A stretch of DNA of 61,258 nucleotides, filler included, from Corallochytrium limacisporum Hawaii (GCA_002811645.1; 3 parts of 3 records of this genome joined end to end with filler, not necessarily neighbours in it); one strand, 5' to 3'; positions 13,473-25,848 are shown, numbered from the whole stretch's first letter. A program made the numbers and translations. The notes: generated by a model not told the origin, from the sequence alone.

Positions 13473-16400
13473 GACGGTGGGAGAGGTAGAAACATCTCTT
13501 GAGGGGAAGAAACCGAACGCGTACGGAATCAAGGGCTTTGTTCATCACCTTTCTCTCGATGATATGTATTCACCACATACCTTGGATATTCCGTCTCGGC
13601 AATAATTCCATTCAAACGTAAATAGGGCAGAGGGCGTCATGCAAATGGGCCCCGAATTTCATCCCGCACCCGAGTCTGCGAGTGAAGCGTTGGTCTACAG
13701 GATATTTTGTGCTGAACGGATTGAAGGCATCCAATGGTGTGGCCTCGCACAGATGATGCTGGAAGACGTTGCATTTCCATCATGACATTCCAACCCATGG
13801 GGTACCCTGAATGTGGACAGTTGTGCGTCCGCAATGTGAACTCAATGTGTAGTGCCTTCCGAGTTCTCCCTATTTTGGCCATGATGATGGTGATGGTGCA
13901 CGGTACGAATTCGAAGATGAATCAATTGACCTTAGACATGCTCTTACATCAGGGTTTAAAGATGCTGAGGTGTTGTGTCGATAACGATTCTCTAAATGAT
14001 AAGATCAACAATCAGTTACCGGAATTCCATCCCTGTGGCCACGTATACGATGGCAGAAATGAGAAAATACACAAATTTCCGGGGCCCGAAACCATGTTGG
14101 ATCTGTAGCGCTCTGTTTTTGCGCACTTTTGCCCTCGCTACGTTGCCTGTCCCTATCCGTTACACTCCAGCATTCATATCCAACAAAGGAGGCGCTCCAA
14201 ACCTGTGCCTTTGGCTACCCTTTCTGTTCTGGTCGGGTGTTGTTTTGATCCCCCCTTTTTCAAGCCTCCTGCGCACAACAGAAATTGATGGAAGCGATGA
14301 TACTAGCTACCAATTTGGCCTTTTCAGGAACATTTGGGCGCCCCCACAGCCAAAAGCTCCTTCATTCCTCCCTCATGAGCCTTTTGATTAAAGGGCCAGC
14401 TGTCGAGAAACTACTGGCCCGGTAGGAAGAAGGCGGAGATGAAGACACGGAATTGGTATGAGCACCACCGTGCCCAATTCATTGCTTGGGCAATACTGCG
14501 CACGTCTTCCATAGAACGCAATCGAAACTCAGGAGACATATATGTATACATGTTCGGCACTTACATTTCCATGTGTTTGATGCGCGTTTGATTCCCGAGG
14601 ACTTAACAATGCGTGCGGTGCAGCCGTTCATCTGCATTCCTCTCTGTGGCTTGTCCGCTCATTTATGGATGTCGGGCTTCGGTGTGCGCAAGCAAATTAG
14701 GCTGGGAGAACCCGATCAAGAATGTGAGAGGGCAACTTAAAAAAGAAAAAAAACGAAAAAGGATGAGAGCGCCGGCACAGGCGAGGAAAAACTACCGGGA
14801 GGCTCCCGGGAACAGGTGTCTCCACCGTGGGTTTCATTGGCGGTTCTCAACGGTTGAACCTCAGACCTCCCGTACGGCCCCCGCACACGAAGGCGTTGAT
14901 TTGTCCAAAATTGTTTCGTGGCGAACCCTTTCTGGGCTAAGAACCAATGGGTCCGGACGGACTCGGGAGAACAATGCTTCTGTCCGCTATGTAACAAAAA
15001 CAGCGGAAAAAGCCAACCAGGCACGGCCGGAAAAGAACATTTATGGTCCTCGTTCAGTCTGGGTGGCTTCCTCTTGGGACAGATGTATTCTGAACACTGT
15101 TGGATGTTTGATCGTTGTTTTTAGCAGGATTACCTCCGTATGCTCTTTATCCATGTCCATAGCAATCAGTGCGCTGGACTTAGTTTCCACGACTTGGGCG
15201 TCTTTCAGCTACCAACGGTTTTGTTGGGGGGGTTTGCACCATCTATGATCTCAATGGGGGGAGCAGCCGTCTGTTCAGTTCCGTCCGGGCGGTTATTGAA
15301 GAGGGGTGTGGAACCAACAAGTGCTCAATCAGGGTTCCTGCCAAAACATGCTGATCTCGGCTTGAACGTGGATGCGCACGGCAGGCAACTCTCATCTTTG
15401 TATTACGAACGTTTACCATGTCGTCTTTCGGCGGAAATCTTCACTCTTTTCATAATGTCGGACCTCACAAGAGGCCACCGCTCGACATCAGCAGCTGAAA
15501 CAGAGACACAACCAGAAAATTCAAACCCGATCAGCAATACCGACGGTCACTTCCTAGGCATCGCGTTCCCTATTTCATTCATTTACTTGTTCATTCATTG
15601 CTCACTGTGTACGCTATACGCCTGACAGCTGACATCCAAACGGGGTCAGTGGAGAGTGCGCATCCACCGATTTGGAATTCCTCTGGAATGCTACGCACAA
15701 CAGACACACCTCCGAACGAAGGAGACACGGAACACGAGACTGGGAATTTGTGGCTAACGGCGCAGTGCCACCAGAACTCCATCGACTGACGGGGCACGGA
15801 CCGACAGCCATTCAATGCTTTTGCAAGCCGTAAAGCATATCAAAATCGTAGTTCCCTGCTTGGCACTCTTCCCAAGGTTGCATACCCACACGAGCACCAA
15901 AACCCAACTCACACCCTTTTCAGTCAGGACGCAGCAGTGACAGTAAGGAGCCAGCGGGCAGGAGATGTACAGATGTATCAACAGCACCTGTAGGCAAAAC
16001 AAACACGCCTCGACTACCATCATTCGCACGCTCCCTTAATGTCCTCCTGTTTGCTAGCATCCAGCATCCATCGATTATCATCCCCAGCCTGCACGAAATC
16101 AGTGGTCAATTATGGATTGGTCCCATGCATCCATCCCACACTAGCATCCAACTACTACCTGGCTGCATCGTACCAGATCTTGGAGTAAGCCTGCGAATCT
16201 ACGTATACTCATTGCTGTTGCTGTCCGTGATGCGCCCGCCTCGTAAGGAATCGAAGAAGCCGACCGAACGAGAAGAAGTGAAACATTGCCACAAAGTGCC
16301 GATTTGTTCAAATGAACGTACCACGTCCCAGCGGGGGGTTTCTTGACGACGAAGCCGATATTGTGGCCCGGGAGAAGGGGCGGAAAATGTAGAGAAAGAG

Positions 16401-16705
16401 TCTGTCCCGTGTCGGTGTTCCCATGCGTTCCCATACTTTCTCTATGACAATTTAAGGCCATCGCGCTTCGCAGTTAACACGAAAACATTGGGACAGGAAC
16501 GAGGCGCACTAATTCCCAGCAGCTCATCACCGGCGTCGCAGCAGGCCGTTAGCCGTAAGCACACAGCCCCACGCAGGCATACCAAGGCAGCAGCTGTGAC
16601 ATGGGCAGTGAAGGAGCGCGCGCGTCAGGAGATGAGGACAGACTCTTCATAGTTAAAGTATTGGGTAACCGAGGGGAAGGCAAGAGCTCCTCTCCTCCCC
16701 CTCCC

Positions 16706-16805
16706 NNNNNNNNNNNNNNNNNNNNNNNNNNNNNNNNNNNNNNNNNNNNTTAATTAATTAANNNNNNNNNNNNNNNNNNNNNNNNNNNNNNNNNNNNNNN
16801 NNNNN
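16706..16805. other. Artificial contig join (N44-TTAATTAATTAA-N44)
   Basis: Exactly 100 nt with a six-frame-stop linker in the middle; identical construct at 45562-45661. Confidence 0.95.
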
Positions 16806-18784
16806 TTTTTTGGTTGGGTGGAAGGAGCAGGGCAATTTCATTTTTGCCCCCCGTCCCCCCCGGGGGGGGGGGGGAGAGCCTTCTACTCCCCCGCACAGCT
16901 TCTCAACTCCGAGAGCGCGCCTGCCACAATGCCTCCTTCTTTCCGTCCCACTCCTCCCCCTTCCACTGCTTCTCGTCCCTTCCCATCTTGGCAGGACAAA
17001 ACCCCCCCCTTCCCCGGCCCGCTCCCCACTTGAGATTTTGCGCACAAAAAACTCAGGCCCCCGCTCAAAATGTCACCGCGTGCCGTCCATTTTGTAGATC
17101 AACGTTACGGTACCACCGGTGGTACAACCATAACAAGGTGCCTCAGGACCTTGCGGTTCCCAAGTCAATTCCGTATAGATAAGCCATACTGTGTTTCTTC
17201 GTCGTTATCACGGAACGCGGTTTACTCTTCGGTGTGTGCAGAATATTTTCATTACTTTTAGTCAGCCATCAGCGCTGGTGTCGTCCATTGATCGGAAGCA
17301 GTGCTACATCCCTAAGGTTTTCCGAGCATGGTGGCGGACCATCCTAGCATGCACTGTCAAACGCATTGTTGGATGTTGGAACCAATCATCCTGGGGCTCA
17401 AGTTTACGGAAAGAGTCATTCGTTGCCGACCAAAATGTCGTGATGATGAACTGTCCTCTCCGGTTGCGTGGTGGTCCCAGCCGCCCCTCATCGCCACCAG
17501 TCCTCTTGCGATTCGTTTTTTCCTCCCTCGTTCCTGTTCGGGGCCATACACACTGCCGTCAATTCGCCGGTCGTACTATAGTTCTTCCATGGCGGTTTGA
17601 GCACCATTGGTGGCTATGCCTATCGGTCGTCGAGTTTTGCGCCGGTTCTTGGTGATTTTCTTCTGGTTGGTATGCTATCGATGTCTGAAAGAAGTCAAAT
17701 TGGTAGCAATGGTTGAGTAGGAGAAGTGTCTGTTGCATGACACTGGCTAACATTTGTGTATCAAGGTTAAATTGCCACTAGGAAATACAGGAGGGGCTAC
17801 CGAGTGCAGTAGCGTGCCCAGCAATATATTGCAGCTGTTCTATGTCAGACAATATGCTACACAATCTGCGCCGATACTTGCTGACGATCGTCACCTGCTA
17901 CACAGCTGCTGCAAATGATGATCAAGCCGACGCAACAGAAAGAACTCTCCTCCCCCCCTTCCTCCGGACGGTGGGACTGTGTGAGAGGGGCGGGGACCGA
18001 AAATTCTGTCTAGCAAAGTGGCACACGTCGCCCAGTGAAGGTGGTGGAGGAGTGGGCGGTGTGGAATTAGCCAACGCATTTGATCCGGATATTGTAATAG
18101 CTGAACCCTACGGCGTGTTGTAACCCCCACTTGAGATCCGCTCCAAACCCAGTATTTGGGCTGCAACAATCGGTGTAGATTTATGAGTCGCGCCAGTACA
18201 TCCACTATAGATGGGATTATTACCGTAGCAAGTGGCTGAGATGGTTGTGCACGAATTCTGCGTTGTTAAAAATAGGCCCCTGATCATATTGCCTGGGCGC
18301 CGAGGGGGTGTGTGTGAGAGTGTGTGTGACCCGCCGGGAGGAGCAAGCCCGGAGCGGCGGAGTGACGAAGGCCTGCTGTGTGCTGGATGGAGCCTGGGTC
18401 TCAGGGGAGGGACGGAGGTCTCATGCGCCATGGACATCGTATCCGCGCCAGTGTGCGAGTGATCAAGACTAAGGATAACCTAAGTTTAAGAGGAGAATCT
18501 GATAATGAAATTTTTGCTATTTATTGAGGAAAATGGTAACTCAAGGACTACGGTTTAGCCCGACAAAGGGTTACCGAGGCTCTCTGCGACGGTTCCTAAT
18601 TGTTTGAATTGATCGTGCGCGGGAGTAAATGACTATGTCGGTAAAGAATATTGTGAAAACAATTTAACGCCTTCAGCTAAGCAGAGGGTAGAGAAATTTT
18701 ACTGTTCGGCTTTGCTAAAATGTGTACATGATAAAGAAGTGGTAACAATTAGACTGTATACCATTAATCTATAGACACTCAACA

Positions 18785-19924
18785 ATGGGCGAGAAAAAGA
18801 CAACAGAGGAAACAAAACGAGTGCTTGGGCCCAGGCAGCGGTCGTTTTTTAGTTATGCGCCCATGGATCATGCCGTGGCTGGCATTGGCGCGGGTGCGGC
18901 AACCACACTGGCGCTCCATCCTCTGGACCTGATCAAGATTAGACTGCAGGTCCAGCGTCCAGACCTTAGATATTTCCCTCGGGGCTCGTCGTTATATCAA
19001 GCCATTCAACACACTATCAAATACGAAGGAATACGTGGGCTCTACCAGGGAATGAGTGTAAATATAATGGGAGGTGCCACGGCATGGGGATCATATTTCT
19101 TCATGTATGCGTCATTAAAGAAACAGTGGAGTCGCATGAAAGACAGTGGAGGTTCACTGAGCTTGACGGCACCCAAGAAGAATAACCTCGATGAGACGCA
19201 GGATCAGAGCCAAGGTGAGCGTGAAGCATCCAGTCTCGGAGCAATTGAACACATGGCCTGTGCATCAATTGCTGGTGTCGGTACCTTGGTGGTAACTAAT
19301 CCATTCTGGGTAGCCAAGACGCGGTTGTGTTTGCAGACTACGGAAACATCAGCACGGGCAGCAGCTAATGTGCCGGAGGGTGCTGCGTTCAGCATGGCAG
19401 TAGCCCAGCAGCCACGGTACAGCGGTGGTCTCCATGCATTGGTCAGTATTGCGCGCACCGAAGGCTTCAAGGGTTTGTACCGCGGATTCGTGCCTGGTCT
19501 TTTCGGAGTTAGTCATGGTGCGTTCCAGTTCATGGCATATGAGGAGCTCAAAGTTCTGTTTTTCCAACACAAAGGTGAGAAAGTTATGGCGGAACGGCAT
19601 GGAAAGTTGGATACGCATGAGTATCTGATCATGGCTAGCTCTTCTAAGATCTTTGCCTCCACTGTCACCTATCCATATCAAGTAGTGCGTAGCCAGCTGC
19701 AACAGGTACAAGGAGAGGTCAGCATCAGTGCTCGGGATGCTGTCATGCGTGTCTTTAAACAGGACGGGCTCGCTGGATTCTACAAGGGCCTGGTACCCAA
19801 CACATTGAAGGTACTGCCTGCGACGTGTATCACCTTTGTGTCCTATGAACAACTTCGCCACTTGCTGTCTGAGCTGGCTGATGAGCGCCATCGCTTGCAG
19901 ACCGCAGAGCTTTTAGACAACTAG
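18785..19924 (+). CDS. SLC25A32: Mitochondrial carrier, folate/FAD transporter family (SLC25A32/Flx1-like)
   Basis: Three carrier signatures (HPLDLIKIR, NPFWVAKTR, YPYQVVRSQ) plus subfamily motifs AWGSYFF and GLFGVSHGAFQFMAYEELK. Confidence 0.88.
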   Translation: MGEKKTTEETKRVLGPRQRSFFSYAPMDHAVAGIGAGAATTLALHPLDLIKIRLQVQRPDLRYFPRGSSLYQAIQHTIKYEGIRGLYQGMSVNIMGGATAWGSYFFMYASLKKQWSRMKDSGGSLSLTAPKKNNLDETQDQSQGEREASSLGAIEHMACASIAGVGTLVVTNPFWVAKTRLCLQTTETSARAAANVPEGAAFSMAVAQQPRYSGGLHALVSIARTEGFKGLYRGFVPGLFGVSHGAFQFMAYEELKVLFFQHKGEKVMAERHGKLDTHEYLIMASSSKIFASTVTYPYQVVRSQLQQVQGEVSISARDAVMRVFKQDGLAGFYKGLVPNTLKVLPATCITFVSYEQLRHLLSELADERHRLQTAELLDN

Positions 19925-20039
19925 ATCCCTGGTTTTTTGTTCCGCAACATTTCCAACATTTCCAACATTAAATGCACGATGTTTCTATAGTTAAATGCTA
20001 GTTTCTTAAAACTTTTGTCTGTGCTCTCCAGTGATGTGT

Positions 20040-20372
20040 CTATGCCGAGGCTTCTTGGGTAAGTTCTGCCTCCAGTTCCTTTGCTGTCTGCTTCATCTCA
20101 TTGATCAAATTTTCCAATTTTGTCTCTTCTTCTTCATTCTTCTGAGCTAATTCTTCGAGGATCTTGCGCTCTTCTTCTAGGGCACCCACTAGATCTTCGT
20201 GGCGCTTCTGTTCCTCGTCCAGCAACTTGGTGAGCTCTGCGTGTCGTGCGTGTGACTCCTCTAGACGTGCGCTGTATTTCTTCTCCTCCTCCTCTTGCTT
20301 CTCACGTAGCGCTTTAAGTTTGTTTTCGATGTTGCGGAACTCTGCTTCCAAGTCTGGATTCTGGTCTGCCAT
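20040..20372 (-). CDS. Small acidic coiled-coil protein, unknown function
   Basis: 110 aa with an ATG start, E/K/L-rich heptads along its length; converges on the carrier gene. Confidence 0.7.
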   Translation of the reverse strand: MADQNPDLEAEFRNIENKLKALREKQEEEEKKYSARLEESHARHAELTKLLDEEQKRHEDLVGALEEERKILEELAQKNEEEETKLENLINEMKQTAKELEAELTQEASA

Positions 20373-21198
20373 GACTGCTATTAAGGTTTTCTGTTTATTC
20401 TTGAGCTGTGATTTGCTTTTTCTCTATCGATAATCCGCGGATATCTTCGTCACTGCCATCTTACATATGATAGTACCAGAAAACATTTTGTCCTTGTGCA
20501 GTAAAAACACCGTTCAGAAATAGTAGTACGTTAGGAATTGACCAATTCACATGCAAACGCAGGCTGGCTTCTCTGTGGCGTTTGCTCTCCCTGCTGTCAC
20601 ACTGCCGTCTGGACTCTGTTTTTGCGCACTATGAGACTTGGGAAAGGGGAGGAGGGGCCCTTTGGGCGGGCACGCTTAGGCGGGAGTAGGGGGACTGGTG
20701 CGCGTGGGGCTGTTATAGAATCCTACCATCTTGCCCAACTCTGTGTAGTTGGTACAGTTTCCCTGGTCCAGTTTACGGTCTTGGGGTCCATTCGACATGT
20801 CAGCAGTTAGGTATTTGAAATGTAGAGATGTGTTTGTACACAAGGTTCATTGACACCTTTCTTTAAGCAACTATAAGCGAAAATCAGCGCCCCTAATCGC
20901 CCTCGTGCGTCAGAATTGATGGCGACATGAGTTGAAATGGGGTTCGCTTGCAAGAACAGCGATATTGAGTTGTGGGTGTAGAAGTCGGGGGTGCCTCACT
21001 ACCTTGTTACTTTCGAAAGAGAACCCCACTACATGAAAACGTCTTGCTTGGCAGTCTCGTGTCTCTCCAATTTATACGTTACTCTAACTTACCTTTTCTC
21101 TCATGCTCTCACTCTCTGGTGATTAATTTTATTCAGATCTCGTCAGGGTTTCCGTGTGCAGTTGATCTTGAATTTTCCCGTTTTGAACGATGACACAT

Positions 21199-21922
21199 TC
21201 ACATGTATTCAGAATCATAGCTCATGGCGTCATCATCGGTGTAGCCAAATTGCTCCTCGCCTTGGGTATTCGCGCTCAGATCGTCTTCACCGAGGGTGCG
21301 GAACTGGTCACTCGTCTCCAGGTCACCTATGTTCAGCTTCCGTAGATGGGCTGTGACCTCTTCGAGTTCATCCTGTGTTTCGATGCCATCCATGGAGTTG
21401 AAGGCAATGGAGTACACCACCAGAGCCCGAGCGTGGTAGTTCATCTGTCCTTATACGTAGCAGCGCATTAATAGTTGTAGATCCTTGATCTTTTTGCTTG
21501 TGAATTTGATCATGGTGTCAACCAGGGCAACATCCATGTTTTGCACGTGAGCCTTGGCACTCTCTAGCTGGAGCTTGGTCTGTGACAAACGGGGCTGGTT
21601 TCCGGGGCCAGCGACCCGCAACTGATCCAGTTGCTGCAGGCGCTTTTTTCCCTCACGCTTTGCACCGTCTCGTGCTTTCAGCTCGTGCTTTGCCACCTTT
21701 ATGAAACCGCGCTTCTTTTAGTGTATAGCTTCAAGGGCACGACCACACGCTCTTCCAGATTGGATCTGGGCGATGGTTCGCAGGGCCTCCCAGTTTGCTC
21801 TTCATGCTGAGGAAATCCTCGAGCATCTGAGTGAAGCGCTTGTCGACCAAACCCAGACGCTCGTACACATATCTTGCCTGGTTATCTGTAGGCTTCGGCT
21901 TGCGCTTCATGAATTTTGGCAT
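21199..21922 (-). pseudogene. FAM92: FAM92/CIBAR (ciliary BAR-domain) pseudogene
   Basis: Collinear fragments DNQARYVYERLGLVDKRFTQM.. / EALRTIAQIQ / LEERVVVPLKLY / KVAKHELK..SQTKLQLE..FTSKKIKDLQLLMRCYV*GQMNYHARALVVYSIAF resemble FAM92 as recalled (..LEAKVVEPLKTY..KMKDIK..EMLFHGKALEVYT). Frame changes near 21790, 21759 and 21712-21722; in-frame TAA at 21451-21453. Confidence 0.75.
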
Positions 21923-22587
21923 CGGTCCGAAAAGAAGGATCGCCAATTGACAGTCGATCCATCGGTGTGGCACTTTCTCCCTTCAGGACACCATCTGCCG
22001 CCGCATCGACCGTACTCGTGAATAAAACCCCTTCGTTCGGACTTTTTCTGCCTAACATTTTCTATTCAAAAGCTTTTCCCCGAGCTTCGACACACTCCAG
22101 ACGTCCCTCCCTCTTTTCTTCCGTTTCTGTGTTAGCGGATCACTTGGCGGCCCCCGTCGTTTTGGGCCGACCTTCCCAGTGGCTTCTCCCCCCCCCCTCA
22201 CCCCGGACCCAATTTTATAAATCAGGTGTTCAGTTAGTTTTGTCGTCACCCCTGCCCGGCCACCCTCGCGGGTCTCAGGCAAGAAGAGCACCTCCCTCTT
22301 CGCTGGTCCAGGGGGTACACACACACACACACACGCACGGGGCAGAGCCCCAGGTTGGTGGACACGGACCACTGCGAGCCAACAAAGTGAGAGAGCGACC
22401 AGTGACCAACTTCAACCTATTAATTGCTGGAGGCTACAATATGAACAGAAATTGGGCCTATTTAAGCTAATTCAATGATGATGCACAATGACCCGCTTCG
22501 GGAGCAGACAAGAAATGACCAGTATGATCGGTGAAGCTACTTAGTTGCATAGCGGCCACAGAAAGGCCTGAATATATCACCAGAGCA

Positions 22588-24798
22588 ATGAGAGCCCTAC
22601 TGCAAGCTTACACAGCGCTTGGTGTCCGGACGGTGTTCCGATCCCAGTGGCCTGCCGTACGGAATGTCGCCTTGCGAGCCACCTACGGTCCAAGCCCTGC
22701 AAGGGTCATGCACGGTCCCGGGGCGTCACATATTGCAAGGATCAGTACAGTCGGGACGCAGAAACTGCGCAAGGTTGAGGTAGTAGAATCCAGTGACGGA
22801 GAAGAAGTTGAACTTTCACCGGACTTTGGTATGACAACAAGTTTTAGTGAGAAGGAGTCTGTTTTCCGAGGCATGCGGGCGAATGACAGCGCAGATGTGG
22901 CCCTCACCCGGTGGCACCTGAGCCTTGCGAAGCATGCACATGATCCCACAAGTTTAAAGGAAGTCATCAGCAAACACATGGCAGAAAATGACGAACACCA
23001 CCAGCTTCAACGGAACTGGATCGTGGCCGTTATCTACCGGGCCGAGGCGATAAATTATGAATCCAATGAGGAGATGCGCGACATGCTAGACTTCCTCCAA
23101 ACAACAATTCACAGTAACAAGGACACATTCATCCAGGCCACCACAGAGTCATTGAATCGATTGCTGAAAGCGAATGTAAAATATGCGGAGAGAACAGGTC
23201 AACGAATGACAAGAAAGTGGCTCAATGAATGGCTGGACTTCATGCGCCACATGTACTGCGTACCGGATCGGCATACATTTGGTCTGCTTGCCCATCATGC
23301 TCTGCGAACCGAGGATCCTAACATGGTGGCGTGGATTGTAGACACGATCCGGGAACTAGACTTGCGCACGTTTGATGTTGGTGATAAGATTGAGACCGAA
23401 CAGTCCGCGGAAGAATTGGAGGAAGCGTTCAAGGATGCCAAGAGGCAATTGGCGACCAACGCTTTGAGTGGTCTCGGAGAAGTCATGGTTCGTCAGGAGG
23501 GGGTCAAGGGTGAACAAGATTTTCGAACACTGCTTGCGACCATGGATGCATCGATTTCTGGTCTTGGATACTCAGCTATGATCCAAGCATATGCAGATAA
23601 AGAACAAATAGCGGAAATGATGCGCTTGGTGCATGAGATGGATGACCGTGATGTTGATGTTGATCGGCACAGCGTGGTCCGACTGATGGACGTGTTTGAG
23701 AATCACGGGCGTCTCGAAGAACTACGACCAATCTTACAGCGGTGGATGGACAAGGAAAAAAACTGGGAGTCTATGTACACAGGGCTGGTGTTCAAAGCGG
23801 CACAGGACGGTAGACTCAACGATGCACTGGATCTGCTAGAGCAAGCGCAGGAATTGGGTGTGCGATGCAAGTATCACGAACTTAATTCCCTACTTGGCGC
23901 GATTGTGCGTGAAGGTACTTGGGAGCAAGGTGTCGCGGTGGTGAAGTACATGGAGGCCATGAAATTGCAGATGTCACGAAAATCGTACATTTACATCATC
24001 AACCTGATGAGTTCCGGAGCCCAGCGCGTGGATTTGGATATTGTGTTGAATGACATTCTCATGAAGGGAATCATCATCAACCAGGATTTGATTCAACGCA
24101 TCTTTGCGAAGTTGGCCTACGGCAGGAAGCATATCGAGCAGGTCCTCAACTTCCTGGACGGGAATGGCTTCAGTCGCAAGATGGTGACCTCCGAAGAATG
24201 GGACCTAGTCGCCATCCGTGTGCTATACCGCAATGGTCCGCTTGCCTTGGCCTCTCTGCTAGAATTCATGGAGCGGGAGAATGTGCAGCCGACCCCGTGG
24301 CTGGTTCATGAGGTCGTGCTGTTCCTGGCGGAGCGCCATTCGGTTGCGTCTGCTTTGGAGCTTGTTAAGCGGATCCAGAAGAAAACCCCGTTGGGAGTGA
24401 GTCCACACACCTACCGTGACCTAGGCATGCGAGCTCTAACCATGGACAGCATTCCACTCGTGCAGAGTGTTTTCGATGTGGTGCCTGCGGAAGGTAAGTA
24501 TCGTCCCATTCTCGAGCATCTGGCTCGCAGTAAACCGCGTCGTCGGGCCTGGGACAACGTGTTCCTCCGCTTCGATCCTCGCACTGTACGGCTCTCGGTC
24601 GAACAGAATGGGAAAAATCACCGTAGACCGCAGCAGCAGGCCGCGGCTGCGAGAGCTCCCCATGACCATCAGCAACAGAGGCAGGCCTCCAGAGCAAGGA
24701 CGAGCCAAAAGGGCGACCACAGCATGGACAAGAAATCCAATGCCAAACCGAAGTCCGCCAGCAAAGGGAAAACCAAGCATGGACAGCAGGAGAAATAG
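22588..24798 (+). CDS. Pentatricopeptide-repeat (PPR) protein, probably mitochondrial
   Basis: Arg-rich, acid-poor N-terminal presequence; degenerate ~35-aa helical repeats (YSAMIQAYADKEQIAEMMRLVHEM, YTGLVFKAAQDGRLNDALDLLEQA, LNSLLGAIVREGTWEQGVAVVKYM). First ATG at 22588. Confidence 0.8.
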   Translation: MRALLQAYTALGVRTVFRSQWPAVRNVALRATYGPSPARVMHGPGASHIARISTVGTQKLRKVEVVESSDGEEVELSPDFGMTTSFSEKESVFRGMRANDSADVALTRWHLSLAKHAHDPTSLKEVISKHMAENDEHHQLQRNWIVAVIYRAEAINYESNEEMRDMLDFLQTTIHSNKDTFIQATTESLNRLLKANVKYAERTGQRMTRKWLNEWLDFMRHMYCVPDRHTFGLLAHHALRTEDPNMVAWIVDTIRELDLRTFDVGDKIETEQSAEELEEAFKDAKRQLATNALSGLGEVMVRQEGVKGEQDFRTLLATMDASISGLGYSAMIQAYADKEQIAEMMRLVHEMDDRDVDVDRHSVVRLMDVFENHGRLEELRPILQRWMDKEKNWESMYTGLVFKAAQDGRLNDALDLLEQAQELGVRCKYHELNSLLGAIVREGTWEQGVAVVKYMEAMKLQMSRKSYIYIINLMSSGAQRVDLDIVLNDILMKGIIINQDLIQRIFAKLAYGRKHIEQVLNFLDGNGFSRKMVTSEEWDLVAIRVLYRNGPLALASLLEFMERENVQPTPWLVHEVVLFLAERHSVASALELVKRIQKKTPLGVSPHTYRDLGMRALTMDSIPLVQSVFDVVPAEGKYRPILEHLARSKPRRRAWDNVFLRFDPRTVRLSVEQNGKNHRRPQQQAAAARAPHDHQQQRQASRARTSQKGDHSMDKKSNAKPKSASKGKTKHGQQEK

Positions 24799-24852
24799 TT
24801 TCTTTATAAGTGTATATAGTAAAACAATTAGCCAATGAAAACCATCAATTAA

Positions 24853-25848
24853 TCAGTGTGCCACATCGCTGGCGTCGTTGGAGTTGACATGGTCGTGTGG
24901 AAAAGCATGCAGTGCACCAGCGTCAATCAATCGCTCGATTTCATGGGCAATGGCGTCTTCGTCATGCTCCTTTTCACTTACCCAGTCGGCCGCGTCCTTG
25001 AGCTCTTGTTTCGCGTTGCCCATGGCCACACCATATCCGGCATAATCGATGAATTCAACGTCATTCAAACCGTCCCCAAACGCAGCCACACGCTCAACCG
25101 TGATCCCTTCGTGCGCATAGGCCTCAACAAGGGCTTTCAGGCCGTTGCCTTTGCATGTATCGGGGTGGAGCACCTCAATAAAGAAGTCACCCATGACTGT
25201 GTATGTCTCGAGACCGTTGAGTACTTCCTCAAGCAGTACACGGTGCAGCTCGAAGCGCTCTTCGTCTGGGCAGAGAACGAGAATCTTGTGCGGCTGCAGG
25301 TGGTCATCACCAAAGCCGTTCTTGACCGACTGGTAGTCATTGATCAATGTGTAGGGCATTTTCGTAATGCCTGTGTAGCGAGTGCGCAGAGCATCCTCCT
25401 CCGCCGTGCCCAGGTTAGCACTTACCAGTATCTTATCCCCGTAGTACAGGTTGAGGGTCCGTTTGTGCTTGTCGGCCCAGTCTAGAAGGCGGTTGCGAAC
25501 CTCTTCAGGAACGGGCCTGACCCAGACACAGTCAATCTCGCGATGCCCGGTTTCGGAGTCGTGGCTGCGGCAGATGTGCGCCTGGGCTCCATTGAAGGAG
25601 ACAAGATCGACAGGCAAATCCTTGCCCAAACAATCTTCGTAGGATCTGATCGCACCTAGAGCACGACCAGAAGCGAGGATAATGCGAACGTTGTGCTCAA
25701 AATGGGCCCGACGAACGGCCTCCCTATTCTTTTCTGATATCTGCTTGCCCTTGTCCAGCAAAGTTTCGTCAAGGTCAATAGCCAAAGCCTTCACCGGTCC
25801 GGCCGGCTTGTCTGACTTGACTTCTTTCTTGGGCCACTCTGTGCGCAT
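24853..25848 (-). CDS. Cof-type HAD-IIB family phosphatase
   Basis: Motif I DLDETLL, motif II ASGR, FNGA, motif III KGNGL, motif IV FGDGLNDVEF and GVAMGNA. Confidence 0.9.
   Translation of the reverse strand: MRTEWPKKEVKSDKPAGPVKALAIDLDETLLDKGKQISEKNREAVRRAHFEHNVRIILASGRALGAIRSYEDCLGKDLPVDLVSFNGAQAHICRSHDSETGHREIDCVWVRPVPEEVRNRLLDWADKHKRTLNLYYGDKILVSANLGTAEEDALRTRYTGITKMPYTLINDYQSVKNGFGDDHLQPHKILVLCPDEERFELHRVLLEEVLNGLETYTVMGDFFIEVLHPDTCKGNGLKALVEAYAHEGITVERVAAFGDGLNDVEFIDYAGYGVAMGNAKQELKDAADWVSEKEHDEDAIAHEIERLIDAGALHAFPHDHVNSNDASDVAH

Noticed and set aside
16750-16761. TTAATTAATTAA palindrome (also 45606-45617) as a biological site such as a piggyBac target
   Set aside because: It sits in the centre of symmetric N44 pads; it is an artificial six-frame-stop linker.
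21451-21453. In-frame TAA as evidence of stop-codon reassignment
   Set aside because: TAA terminates intact genes here (HECT E3, NOC3, mS35, dioxygenase), and the same locus also has frameshifts.
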